52,650 nt of DNA. It comes from a virus. Its lineage: Duplodnaviria; Caudoviricetes. Position 1 is the stretch's first letter. Each line of letters begins with the position of its first letter. Below, one piece after another: positions 1-8,369 of this stretch. Below the pieces are notes generated by a model, which was not told where the DNA came from, did no database searches, and worked only from the letters and a program-made list of their open reading frames with translations. The stretch lies in IMG/VR virus record IMGVR_UViG_3300046789_000054, positions 1 to 52,650 of that record. One strand, 5' to 3'. The translations under genes were made by a program, and so were the position numbers.

Positions 1-38
1 ACCCAGAACCCTTTAACCCAGAACCCAAACACCCAGAA
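1..38 (+). repeat. Three ACCCAGAA direct repeats at 15-bp period (candidate origin iterons within rep)
   Basis: ACCCAGAA at 1-8, 16-23, 31-38 in an A-rich patch inside the rep ORF. Confidence 0.55.
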
Positions 39-473
39 AAGAAGACTCCGCGATCCGCGCAGACCGAACTCGTTGCTGTCGGTGATCCTCACTCGGCAGC
101 AAGCAGCCGAGGCTCCGAAGCCGAAGACCGGATCTGCCACCACCTCGCAGACCGCATCGCAGCGAACGGATCCCGGCGACCAACGGTCGGAGACCGATGG
201 CGGACCTCGGCGCGGCTGATGATGACCCGCGACGAACGCACCGAGGAGCAGATCCACGCCGCGATCGACTGGTGCCAGGACGATGAGTTCTGGCGCGTGA
301 ACATCCTGTCGATGCCGAAGCTGCGGGAGAAGTTCGACCAGCTTCGGCTCGCCGCCGGCCGGGAACGCCAGGTCCGGTCTGTGATCAGCCGCGCAATCAG
401 GCCGCAGGACGAACCTGGGTACTGGGATCGGCACATGGCGTGGGCGCGTGAGCGGGAGGCGGCGCAGGTATGA
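3..473 (+). CDS. Replication initiator protein, C-terminal part (5'-truncated by window edge)
   Basis: Frame is open from base 3 (PEPFNPEPKHPEKK...) into the listed 219..473 ORF. C-terminus 'AIDWCQDDEFWRVNILSMPKLREKFDQLR' resembles lambda-O-like initiator C-termini; followed by a loader-like gene. Confidence 0.75.
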   Translation, partial: PEPFNPEPKHPEKKTPRSAQTELVAVGDPHSAASSRGSEAEDRICHHLADRIAANGSRRPTVGDRWRTSARLMMTRDERTEEQIHAAIDWCQDDEFWRVNILSMPKLREKFDQLRLAAGRERQVRSVISRAIRPQDEPGYWDRHMAWAREREAAQV

Positions 474-817
474 AACCTACCGAGTGCGTGATGGTGACGA
501 AGCTGGTGGAGCAGATCTGCCCGGCGCAGAAGCTCGGCGACGACACACCGCAGGTGTGGCATCCGTTGTTGGCGGATCTGCGGGTAGCGGATGCGGTGGA
601 GGCGGTGCGGCGGGTCGGGATGCGGCAGCCGTTCATCGGCCCGTCGGAGATCCGGGCGGAGGTCAGGGTGATCAGGGGTGAGCGGGTAGCGCACGCTGAT
701 GCGACGTTCACGCCGGTGTGCGACCCGGATGATCTGGTGGCGTACCGGCGGGAACTCGCGGAGCATCGGCGGCGGGTCGGCGATGGGGAACCGCCGAGGC
801 GGGTGCTGAACTCGTGA
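470..817 (+). CDS. Putative helicase loader/inhibitor (G39P-like)
   Basis: ATGA-coupled to rep; 'VWHPLLADL...AVEAV...FIGPSEIR' pattern and position. Confidence 0.5.
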   Translation: MKPTECVMVTKLVEQICPAQKLGDDTPQVWHPLLADLRVADAVEAVRRVGMRQPFIGPSEIRAEVRVIRGERVAHADATFTPVCDPDDLVAYRRELAEHRRRVGDGEPPRRVLNS

Positions 818-1278
818 AGCGGAGCCCGGCGCCTCGGAGGAGAACCCCCCTGCGGGCCGCTCAGACGCTCCCTGCGGGCCGAACAACGCCGAAGCCACCC
901 TCGGTACCCCGGAACCGTGTGGATGCCGCTACGAGGGCTCTGGTGCTGTCCCGTAGCGGCGGAACCTGTGAGATCTGCGGCTCGGCGCGGGCTGAGTCGC
1001 TTCATCACCGTCGGCCGGGGCGAATGGGCGGTGACAAGCGGCCCGATGCGAACCAGCCGCAGAACCTGCTCGCTGTGTGCGGCGACGGGACGCGCGGATG
1101 CCACGGCTTCATCGAGTCGCAACGCACCCTGGCGCTGACCCAAGGATGGCTTTTGCACGGCCATCAGAACCCGCTCAACCATGCGGTCAACCTGGCCGCA
1201 GGCTGGAGCGTGCTGCGGGCAGACGGGAGCGCAACACGAGTCACAGATGACAACCCCACCGAGGAGAAGAAGCTATGA
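814..1278 (+). CDS. HNH endonuclease
   Basis: CEICG...HHRRP...NLLAVCG...CHGFIE zinc/HNH motifs. Confidence 0.85.
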   Translation: MKRSPAPRRRTPLRAAQTLPAGRTTPKPPSVPRNRVDAATRALVLSRSGGTCEICGSARAESLHHRRPGRMGGDKRPDANQPQNLLAVCGDGTRGCHGFIESQRTLALTQGWLLHGHQNPLNHAVNLAAGWSVLRADGSATRVTDDNPTEEKKL

Positions 1279-1757
1279 CCGCCCGCAACTACGCCGAGAA
1301 CACCAAGGTCTCACCGAGCCGCAGCCGGGAAGAGGTCGAGAAGATCCTCACCCGGTATGGCGCGTCGAGTTTCGCGTCTGGCCAGGACCGGGACCAGATC
1401 ATGTTCGCGTTCGTCGCGAAGGATCGGTCCGTCCGGATCAGGGTGCCGATGCCTCGCATGGATGAGCGTCGTTTCACGCACACGCCTACGGGGCTGCGTC
1501 GTCCCGAGCCGGCGAGCATCGAGGCCCACGGGCAGGCGGTACGGCAGCGGTGGCGGTCCCTCGCCCTCGTGGTGAAGGCGAAGCTGGAGGCGGTCGAGTC
1601 GGGCATCGTGTCGTTCGATGAGGAGTGGGCAGCTTTCCTGGTGCTTCCTGATGGGCAAACCGTTGGGGACCACCTGCTGCCCAAGATCACCGAGGCGTAC
1701 GCCAGCGGCCAAGTGCCGGCGCTGCTGCCTACCTACCGCAGAGCGATCGAGGCGTAG
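1275..1757 (+). CDS. Conserved phage hypothetical protein
   Basis: GAGGAG RBS, coupled start, typical phage 'YAENTKVS..RSREE' N-terminus. Confidence 0.75.
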   Translation: MTARNYAENTKVSPSRSREEVEKILTRYGASSFASGQDRDQIMFAFVAKDRSVRIRVPMPRMDERRFTHTPTGLRRPEPASIEAHGQAVRQRWRSLALVVKAKLEAVESGIVSFDEEWAAFLVLPDGQTVGDHLLPKITEAYASGQVPALLPTYRRAIEA

Positions 1758-2003
1758 ATGAGGCACTTCCGGTTCGAGCTGCACCGAGACACCGACGTCA
1801 GCGGCGTGTCCGGTGAGGGCGTCGTCGCTTGCGGGTGGCGGCTGCCGTTCGGCCTGGGCGCCGTCATGCGCTGGTACGGCGCCATGCCGACCTACACGTA
1901 CTACCGGCGGTTCGTCTGGATCAGCCGGATCCACGGGCACAACGGCGCGACCCGCGTTGTGTGGGAGCATCGTGCCAGACGTGACGATGGTGGCGTCTGT
2001 TGA
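1758..2003 (+). CDS. Actinophage hypothetical protein
   Basis: Abuts previous stop; 'FELHRDTDVSGVSGEGVVA' motif. Confidence 0.7.
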   Translation: MRHFRFELHRDTDVSGVSGEGVVACGWRLPFGLGAVMRWYGAMPTYTYYRRFVWISRIHGHNGATRVVWEHRARRDDGGVC

Positions 2004-2034
2004 TCCCCGTGATGGGGACTGAGGGAAGGCGGGC

Positions 2035-2346
2035 GTGATGCCCAAGGAACTGATCCACGACCAGGACCGCGACAGCAATCGCATGTTCGATCTGTTCGTC
2101 GGGTGGCTGCCGGATGGCTGCGAAGTGCAGATCGGCATCCAGTGCCGCGGGGAGGATGCCCGTCTCGGCGGCGGTGAGTACGAGTCGGTGTGGGCGTCTC
2201 TGGACGAAGCTGGTGTGCACCGGCTGATCAAGGCGGTCGAGCACGCACGGGCCCGGGCGTTCCCTGAGCAGCCGGCTGCGGTGAACAGCGGTCAGGGTGA
2301 GCCGATCTTCGTTGAGTTGGCAGACGGCAGAACCCTGACGTACTGA
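2035..2346 (+). CDS. Hypothetical protein
   Basis: Operon position, purine-rich RBS, protein-like composition. Confidence 0.6.
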   Translation: MMPKELIHDQDRDSNRMFDLFVGWLPDGCEVQIGIQCRGEDARLGGGEYESVWASLDEAGVHRLIKAVEHARARAFPEQPAAVNSGQGEPIFVELADGRTLTY

Positions 2347-2348
2347 CA

Positions 2349-2381
2349 GAGGCACAGAACAGCCCCCACGAATTCCAACCG
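2349..2381 (+). repeat. 33-bp direct repeat, left copy
   Basis: GAGGCACAGAACAGCCCCCACGAATTCCAACCG, identical to 3371-3403. Confidence 0.95.
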
Positions 2382-2426
2382 GTGTTACATACCGGTCATC
2401 GCTCTACCTATGATCTCGGAGACGAA

Positions 2427-3314
2427 ATGACGGCTACGCGACTCGGCTCCTTCGAGCTGAATTCAGTGACACTAGGTGACTGCCGCAAGCTCGTGCTGGA
2501 CCTCCCCGATGACAGCATCGATGTCGTAGTGACCAGTCCACCGTACTGGGGTCAGCGGCTGTCGGAGGGCAACGGTGTAGAGAGCGACCCTCGGCACTAC
2601 GTCGCCGAGCTCCGAGAGCTGTTCGCTGCCCTCATGCCCAAGATCAAGCCGGCTGGACTGGTCTGGATGAACCTCGGCGATGCTTACAACACGCCCATCA
2701 ATTGGCGGGAAGGCGACCACGCTTATAGCAGTCTGGGTCCCGACTCAAATGGTTTGCCAGCTACAAATTCCGCCTACACGAAGCCCCGCCACAGGCGGCG
2801 TGCGTACCTGGATCCCACGGTTCCCTGGTTGCAATACGGCAACTTGCTTAGCTTGCCTTACCGGCTCGTCATCGCAATGTCCGATGACGGGTGGCTGTTC
2901 CGCGGCGAGGTCATCTGGCGCAAGCGCAACCCGATGCCCGAAGGGCAGTGCCGGCGGCCCCATCGCCAGCACGAGTCTGTCTATCTGTTCGCGAGAACTG
3001 AAAGACATGCCTTCCGCACTAAGCCGCCGGTCGGCTCGGTGTGGGAAATTGGAAACGAAAAGATCGCCGGCCTTAGACACTTCTCACGCTTCCCGGTGGA
3101 GCTACCACGTCGGTGCGTCGAGGCGTACGGGCGAGCGGAACGAGACGTGGTCGTCCTAGACCCATTCAGTGGCTCCGGCAGTACCGGCGTTGCTGCCCTG
3201 CGCCTTGGCTGCTCGTACGTAGGCTTCGAGATAGACCCGGCGCAGGTGTTGGCATCGAACACGAGGCTGAGCAGTGTGGTAGCGGAGCATGCCGGGCTTG
3301 CCGCATCAGAGTGA
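2427..3314 (+). CDS. DNA methyltransferase, N4-C/N6-A beta class
   Basis: Motif IV 'VTSPPY' N-terminal and motif I 'VLDPFSGSGSTG' C-terminal; ATG 2427 after GGAG; more A/T-ending codons than neighbours. Confidence 0.9.
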   Translation: MTATRLGSFELNSVTLGDCRKLVLDLPDDSIDVVVTSPPYWGQRLSEGNGVESDPRHYVAELRELFAALMPKIKPAGLVWMNLGDAYNTPINWREGDHAYSSLGPDSNGLPATNSAYTKPRHRRRAYLDPTVPWLQYGNLLSLPYRLVIAMSDDGWLFRGEVIWRKRNPMPEGQCRRPHRQHESVYLFARTERHAFRTKPPVGSVWEIGNEKIAGLRHFSRFPVELPRRCVEAYGRAERDVVVLDPFSGSGSTGVAALRLGCSYVGFEIDPAQVLASNTRLSSVVAEHAGLAASE

Positions 3315-3370
3315 CGAAGCGGGTGCATTAGCGACGAGTGCCGCCAGTTCACCCATGTCAAGACAACGCC

Positions 3371-3403
3371 GAGGCACAGAACAGCCCCCACGAATTCCAA
3401 CCG
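3371..3403 (+). repeat. 33-bp direct repeat, right copy
   Basis: Identical to 2349-2381; forms the 5' arm and loop of the hairpin. Confidence 0.95.
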
Positions 3404-3415
3404 TGGGGGCTGTTC
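3379..3415. terminator. Intrinsic terminator hairpin between convergent genes
   Basis: GAACAGCCCCCACG / CGTGGGGGCTGTTC perfect 14-bp stem. Confidence 0.8.
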
Positions 3416-3434
3416 TTGTGCTCAGAAGGGGTTC

Positions 3435-3677
3435 TTACCCCACAGAAGGAAGCTCACCATGGTCGTCACCTCCCTGGCCTATCTGCGACGCGTACCGGTC
3501 TACGTCGCCTCCGTGGTACCGCAGCTCGCCCGTGGGCGTCACCCACGTGCGGACCCTGTTCCGTTCGGCCCACCCAGGGACGGTAGTGCGGTGTATCCGT
3601 CCCCACCGTAGGGCGACCTCGTGAGCGCGTAGCCACACCGCATCGCTTGGCCCGTCTGGGCTCGTCTCACCTGTCAC
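3435..3677 (-). CDS. BldC/Xis-like (MerR-type, HTH_17) DNA-binding protein, divergent from transfer operon
   Basis: 'WLRAHEVALRWGRIHRTTVPGWAERNRVRTWVTPTGELRYHGGDV' parallels the BldC pattern. GTG 3677 lies 6 nt after a TACGGT -10 (leaderless); ATG 3695 is the alternative start. Confidence 0.7.
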   Translation of the reverse strand: MTGETSPDGPSDAVWLRAHEVALRWGRIHRTTVPGWAERNRVRTWVTPTGELRYHGGDVDRYASQIGQGGDDHGELPSVG

Positions 3678-3683
3678 AGCCGC

Positions 3684-3767
3684 ACCGTACCGCATCTGTC
3701 GGGACTGTCGGGACTGTCGGAACGGATGCTCTTGCGTGAAGTGTCACCAGTGGCGCACACTGCGTAG
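3684..3767. promoter_or_regulatory. Divergent promoter region with three 9-bp direct repeats
   Basis: CTGTCGGGA, CTGTCGGGA, CTGTCGGAA at 3696-3722. Rightward TTGCGT(3732)-18-CACACT(3756)-6-ATG; leftward -10 TACGGT at 3684-3689. Confidence 0.65.
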
Positions 3768-4097
3768 ATGCCTACGGACCAGAGCACTGTCCAGACGGAC
3801 CACGGACCACGGACCACCCCGGACCGCTCCGGTCCCGGACCGCAGACCGCTCCGGTCCCGGACCGCAGACCAGATGAGGACCGCACCGGGAACACCCCGG
3901 TCCAGACCACCAGCAGGGACCACGGACCAGCGAGGAACCGGACTGCGCTGCTCGCAGGCATCGCAGCCGCAGCGCCCGGCCTGTACCTACTCGGATACGC
4001 CCTCGGGCGTCTCCACGTCACCGTCGTAGGCCAAGCACTCACCATCCTCGCCGCCGCAGGGACCGCCATCGCTGTCCTGGTCCGGTGGTCCCGGTGA
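3768..4097 (+). CDS. Small two-TM membrane protein (Spd-like) with repeat-encoded N-terminus
   Basis: Two C-terminal hydrophobic helices; GTGA overlap with next gene. Confidence 0.65.
   Translation: MPTDQSTVQTDHGPRTTPDRSGPGPQTAPVPDRRPDEDRTGNTPVQTTSRDHGPARNRTALLAGIAAAAPGLYLLGYALGRLHVTVVGQALTILAAAGTAIAVLVRWSR
3776..3930 (+). repeat. GGACC-rich array
   Basis: About 10 GGACC plus 3 GGTCC; CGGACCA x3 (3796-3816); exact 23-bp tandem duplication 3822-3844/3845-3867. Confidence 0.85.
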
Positions 4098-4984
4098 AAC
4101 GCCGCCGCGCGGTCTACCTCACACAGGAAGCCATCGGTCTTCTCCCGCCACTGGCCGCACTGGGCCTCGCAGGGTGGCTGCAGACCGAAATCGCACATGC
4201 AGTCCTCGGACTCCCATGGGTGTTCGCCTGGGTCCCGGCCGCGGCGATCGAAGGCGCCGCCGCGTACTGCGCAGTGCTCTACCACCGGCATCTCCTCGCC
4301 GGAGACTCCGCCTGGTCACTGCGGCTCGCGATGCTCATCTACGCCGGGGTGTCCGCTGGGTTGCTGTACTGGCGGTCTACCCAGACGGGTAAGCCGTGGG
4401 AAGTCGCGGCTGCTGTCGGCGGGCTCGCGTTGTCGGCGCTGTACCTGTGGGGCCGCCGGGCGCGTTGGATGCACCGGCAGGAGTTGCGGCGCGCTGGGCG
4501 TCTCGACAAGCAGGCCGTGCGGTTCTCCGTGCTGCGGTGGTTGATGTGCCCGGTGGAGACCCCCGGCGCGTTCCGCTTCGCGGTGAAGCACTCGATCGAG
4601 GACCCCACGGCCGCGCTGGAGCAGTACCGGTCCCGGCGGACTCGGAAGCCTAAGCGGACACCGGACCCGGCACCCACGGCGGCCCGACCCGGGACGTCGG
4701 CACGTGAAGCAGGAGGAACCTCAGTGGCGAAACCTGACCCCGGTCCGGCGACGCCGGTAGAGAGCCGCTTGCACCTGGTAGAGCGGCCCCGCCGGGCGCC
4801 CCGAGCGAACACCGTCGACCTTGAGGATCTGATCCGGACAGCAGCTGGTGCGTTCCCTGACCGGCTGCCCAAGGTGCGGGAGATCGAGGAGACCCTTGGT
4901 GTCCGGAGCCGCGGAACGGCCATGAAGATCCTCGGTGCGCTCCGTGATGCCCGCAACGCGGCGGCGGTGTCCGGTGACGGCTGA
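4094..4984 (+). CDS. DUF2637/SpdB2-like multi-TM plasmid spread protein with C-terminal HTH
   Basis: Four TM segments, 'RFSVLRW..CPVET..AFR' motif, Pro-rich linker, 'LPKVREIEETLGVRSRGTAMKI' HTH-like end. Confidence 0.7.
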   Translation: MKRRRAVYLTQEAIGLLPPLAALGLAGWLQTEIAHAVLGLPWVFAWVPAAAIEGAAAYCAVLYHRHLLAGDSAWSLRLAMLIYAGVSAGLLYWRSTQTGKPWEVAAAVGGLALSALYLWGRRARWMHRQELRRAGRLDKQAVRFSVLRWLMCPVETPGAFRFAVKHSIEDPTAALEQYRSRRTRKPKRTPDPAPTAARPGTSAREAGGTSVAKPDPGPATPVESRLHLVERPRRAPRANTVDLEDLIRTAAGAFPDRLPKVREIEETLGVRSRGTAMKILGALRDARNAAAVSGDG

Positions 4985-6179
4985 CATGGACATCCCGAAG
5001 GGAACACCTGAGTTCGCACCCGCGGACCGTGAGGTCGAGTACCGGGGGGTACCTGCTGGGCCGGCGGTCATCTCTTTCACGGAGCTGCTCGCTTCGGTCG
5101 CTTCGGTGCTGTGGTACTCGCTCGGCGCCGTGGGCCTGCTCATCGCGGCGACGGTAGGTGTAGCGGCACCTGCTGCGATGAGCAGGGCCAGACGTAGACG
5201 GAGCCGGCAGGCGACCACAGGCGGCCGGTCGCCGAGTCGGGCCGTGCGGTCTTCCGGGGGAGGGTCCGGGCGCCTCGGAAGTAGTGGCGGGCGGTCCGGT
5301 CGCGGCGGCAAGCGGTCCGGGTTCCCCGGATTCAGCGGTAGGAAGGCCGCAGGCATTGGACGCCAGGCAGGTGATCGCAGAGCTGTCCCGCGCAGGCCGG
5401 CGCTGGACAGAGGGGGGAAGCGGGGAGCGGGAAGGCTACCGGGATCTGGAACGGGGGCACTTTCTGCTCGGCGTGGGAGACGAGGGACTGGGCAACGTAG
5501 CGGCGCGGCCGGTCGCCGTGGTCTGTTCTCCCTGCCTTTCGGTCGCCGCGCCAGAGGCACCGGCGTGACCGGTCAGAAGCGACGAGCACCCGAGACCCGA
5601 CGACAGCACCGGCGCTTGCCGTCCCTGCTGAAGCGCCTCGGACCGAAGCCACCCAAGCAGCGCACCGGAACAGCATCCCGTCCCCCAGTAGCAGCCGGCG
5701 TACGCCGGATCAGCACACCGAAGACCCCAACGATGGCGCCGCCGCAGAACGTGGTGCCGCAGCCCAACCCCTCAACACCACCTATCACGACCGGACCCAC
5801 CCCGGGACCGGCGACACCCGGAGGCAACACCATGGCAGGACGGCTCGGATTCACTGACCTCGGCGACCAGTTCGTGGACCGCGCTTCACGGTTCGAGGTC
5901 GGCGACGGCGAAATGCTCGAAGCGATCAAGGAACTCGACAGCGTCGGCCCCGCAGTCGGCAACGTCGGGAAGGCCATGTCGATCCTCGCCCGGAAGATCG
6001 ATGACGAGATGCCGCTGGACGCCAAGGTGACCCGTGTCGCCGAAGCCGTCACCCGGTCCCTTTCCGCCGCCGCCGCCGCCGCGGAACTCATCGGTCCCAC
6101 GATCCGCAAGTCCCACTTCCACGACATCCACCGCAGCGAGGCGCCTCGGCCGGGTGAGAAGGGCTGGAACGTGCGGTGA
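4974..6179 (+). CDS. TraA-like plasmid transfer protein
   Basis: N-terminal TM, Arg/Gly-rich linker, helical C-domain ending 'HFHDIHRSEAPRPGEKGWNV' as in actinomycete plasmid genes preceding traB; GTGA-coupled to traB. Confidence 0.6.
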   Translation: MTADMDIPKGTPEFAPADREVEYRGVPAGPAVISFTELLASVASVLWYSLGAVGLLIAATVGVAAPAAMSRARRRRSRQATTGGRSPSRAVRSSGGGSGRLGSSGGRSGRGGKRSGFPGFSGRKAAGIGRQAGDRRAVPRRPALDRGGKRGAGRLPGSGTGALSARRGRRGTGQRSGAAGRRGLFSLPFGRRARGTGVTGQKRRAPETRRQHRRLPSLLKRLGPKPPKQRTGTASRPPVAAGVRRISTPKTPTMAPPQNVVPQPNPSTPPITTGPTPGPATPGGNTMAGRLGFTDLGDQFVDRASRFEVGDGEMLEAIKELDSVGPAVGNVGKAMSILARKIDDEMPLDAKVTRVAEAVTRSLSAAAAAAELIGPTIRKSHFHDIHRSEAPRPGEKGWNVR

Positions 6180-8245
6180 CTGCCCCCCCCGTCGTGAAAC
6201 CGCCGGCCGCGCCTCGACCACGCCGGACCCGCATCCCGATCGACTGGCGGGCCCGGCACGGCATGGTGTGGGGAGCCCTCAACGCGGGGCTCGCGCCGCT
6301 GACCATCGGCCTCGTTGTCGCTGCCATCGAGCGGCAAACCGGTGCGGTCATCCCCGCGTACCTGCCGGTCATCGGCGCGATCCTCGGGGCGTTCGCGACG
6401 ATCCTCGTCACCCTCGTGCACGACTCCGACGCTGGCCTCGAACCTGACCCTGGTCTGCTCACCTACCGGTGCCTGACTTGGTTCGGGTCCGGGGCGTGGC
6501 TCGCGTGGGCGTTCGCGACAGCCCCGTGGCGGGTCCCGCAGATGGCAACGCTCGTCATCGGGGCAGTTACTTTGGCATCCCTCGCGCCGCTCGCGAAACG
6601 CCGCCGCCGCCGGCAAGCCGATGCGCTCCTCCGCGGCGCCGCGAAGCGGAACCCGCTGGAACAGATCCGTGCGGCGTGGGAAGCGCGGCTGCTGCGGATC
6701 ACCCGGCTCCGCTGCGACGTCGTCGGGGTAGAGATGTGGCCATCGGGCACCGGGTACACCCTCGACGTGGACCCACCCGGCGGGAAGACCTGGAGAGACA
6801 TGCAGCAGTACCAGGACGAACTCGCCTCCGACTGCCGCCTCCCGCACGGCTGCGGAATAGCGGTCGGTGTCGGCCACGACCGCCGCGCCGTGCAACTCCG
6901 CGTCACCACGCAGAGCATCACCACGCCGGCAGCGGAACCACTCGACTTCGCGCCCCTGTCGATCCTCGATGGGCTCCTCATCGGCTACCAACGCGACGGG
7001 CAACCCCTCACCGCCGACATCCGGCAAGCGTCGTGGCTTCTCGGCGCGATGAAACGCAAGGGAAAGACGACGCTTCTGCACCGGCTCATCAGCCGGCTCG
7101 TTCGCTGCACCGACGCCGCAGTGTGGGTCATCGACTTCAACGCTGGTGGGCTGGGCCGGCCGTGGGCGACCCCATTCGTAGAGGGACGGGCGGCGCGGCC
7201 GGCCGTGGACTGGGTCGCGGGCACCCCGGAAGAAGCGGTGCTCATGGCACGGGCCGCCGTCGCAGTCGCGCTGGACCGGAAACGCCGCGGGTACGACCTG
7301 AAGCGTCTCCACAACACCACCCTCATGCCGGTCGGCACTGGGGCAGGGCCCAGCGACGGCCCCCCGGAGGTCGTGGTCGTTGGCGATGAATGCTCCGAGT
7401 TCATGGGCTCGTCCTCGCCGTACCGGGGTGCCCGGGACGCGATCGAGCAGTGCGTACGGATCGCGGGTGACGCCGCCGTGAACTTCGTGTTGAGCGTCCT
7501 CGAAGGAACCAGCGAGTCCGTTGCTCGCGCGGTCAAGGCGCAGTTCGCGAACCGGCTCGCGCTCACTATGAGCGATGAGGCTGAGGTGTCGTACATCCTC
7601 GACTACTCCCACCGCGGCGCGAAAGCTGTGAACCTCGAAGACCTACCTGGTCCAGGACACGGCTGGGCCCGAGTCGATGGCGCCGACACCCCGGTCCTGT
7701 TCGCGGTCCCGGACATCCGACCGGACCAGATCGATGAGACCGCGGTCCGGACCGCCGGTCTCAGACCAGGGCTGACCGCTGAGGACATCAGCGCAGTGGA
7801 CCGGGCACTTGGACCAGGTGTCTACGCTGCTCGTTGGACCAGGACCATCCGTGACGTATTCGGTGAGGGGACCACGATGACCGGACCGAAGGACCAGGAC
7901 CAGGGTTGGTCCGGACCGGTGAACGAAGACGCGGTCCTCGCTGAGCTCGCGGCGTCCGGGCAGGAACTCGCTGACGCCGTCGCGGACCTCCACGCCGGCA
8001 GCGGACCAGCGGTCCCGACCGATGGGGAGCTGGAGGCGCTCACCGAGACGACCAGTGGCCCGGACCGCATGGTAGAGATCATCCGTCACGCTGAGGCGGG
8101 GTTGCCTGCTGCGGAGATCCTGGAGCGGCTCCAATCGGAGGGCTACGACGTGTCCCGGGCGACTCTGTACCGGTGGCTGACCGAGGCCGTGGCCTGTTCG
8201 CAGCTCGTGAAACGCGGACCGTGCTACCTACACATCAGTGCGTGA
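6176..8245 (+). CDS. traB: TraB-type FtsK/SpoIIIE conjugative DNA translocase
   Basis: N-terminal TM helices, Walker A 'AMKRKGKTT', Walker B 'VVVGDE', 'QFANRLAL' Arg-finger region, 'PGHG', C-terminal wHTH 'VSRATLYRWL'. Confidence 0.85.
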   Translation: MTAPPVVKPPAAPRPRRTRIPIDWRARHGMVWGALNAGLAPLTIGLVVAAIERQTGAVIPAYLPVIGAILGAFATILVTLVHDSDAGLEPDPGLLTYRCLTWFGSGAWLAWAFATAPWRVPQMATLVIGAVTLASLAPLAKRRRRRQADALLRGAAKRNPLEQIRAAWEARLLRITRLRCDVVGVEMWPSGTGYTLDVDPPGGKTWRDMQQYQDELASDCRLPHGCGIAVGVGHDRRAVQLRVTTQSITTPAAEPLDFAPLSILDGLLIGYQRDGQPLTADIRQASWLLGAMKRKGKTTLLHRLISRLVRCTDAAVWVIDFNAGGLGRPWATPFVEGRAARPAVDWVAGTPEEAVLMARAAVAVALDRKRRGYDLKRLHNTTLMPVGTGAGPSDGPPEVVVVGDECSEFMGSSSPYRGARDAIEQCVRIAGDAAVNFVLSVLEGTSESVARAVKAQFANRLALTMSDEAEVSYILDYSHRGAKAVNLEDLPGPGHGWARVDGADTPVLFAVPDIRPDQIDETAVRTAGLRPGLTAEDISAVDRALGPGVYAARWTRTIRDVFGEGTTMTGPKDQDQGWSGPVNEDAVLAELAASGQELADAVADLHAGSGPAVPTDGELEALTETTSGPDRMVEIIRHAEAGLPAAEILERLQSEGYDVSRATLYRWLTEAVACSQLVKRGPCYLHISA

Positions 8246-8365
8246 GTCTCACCGTCTCACGTGTCTCACCGTCTCATGCCCCCATGAGACGCACGTTTCC
8301 GCAGGTCAACAACCCCCACCCCCTGAGACAGGCATCTGTCTCATGAGACAGTGAGACGGTGAGAC
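8246..8365. repeat. clt-like transfer locus (GTCTCA/TGAGAC array)
   Basis: GTCTCA at 8246, 8254, 8263, 8271, 8338; TGAGAC at 8285, 8324, 8344, 8352, 8360; about 8-bp period, directly after the traB stop. Confidence 0.8.
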
Positions 8366-8369
8366 AGCC

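Noticed and set aside
5573-7612. Long antisense ORFs (this one, 19805..21802, 28875..30341, 43422..44954 and similar)
   Set aside because: Shadow frames of high-GC genes on the opposite strand, with no motifs or RBS.
8246-8365. GTCTC/GAGAC cluster as CRISPR array or synthetic type IIS cloning sites
   Set aside because: Units are 6-8 bp with no unique spacers and no cas genes were seen; position after traB and irregular spacing fit a natural clt.
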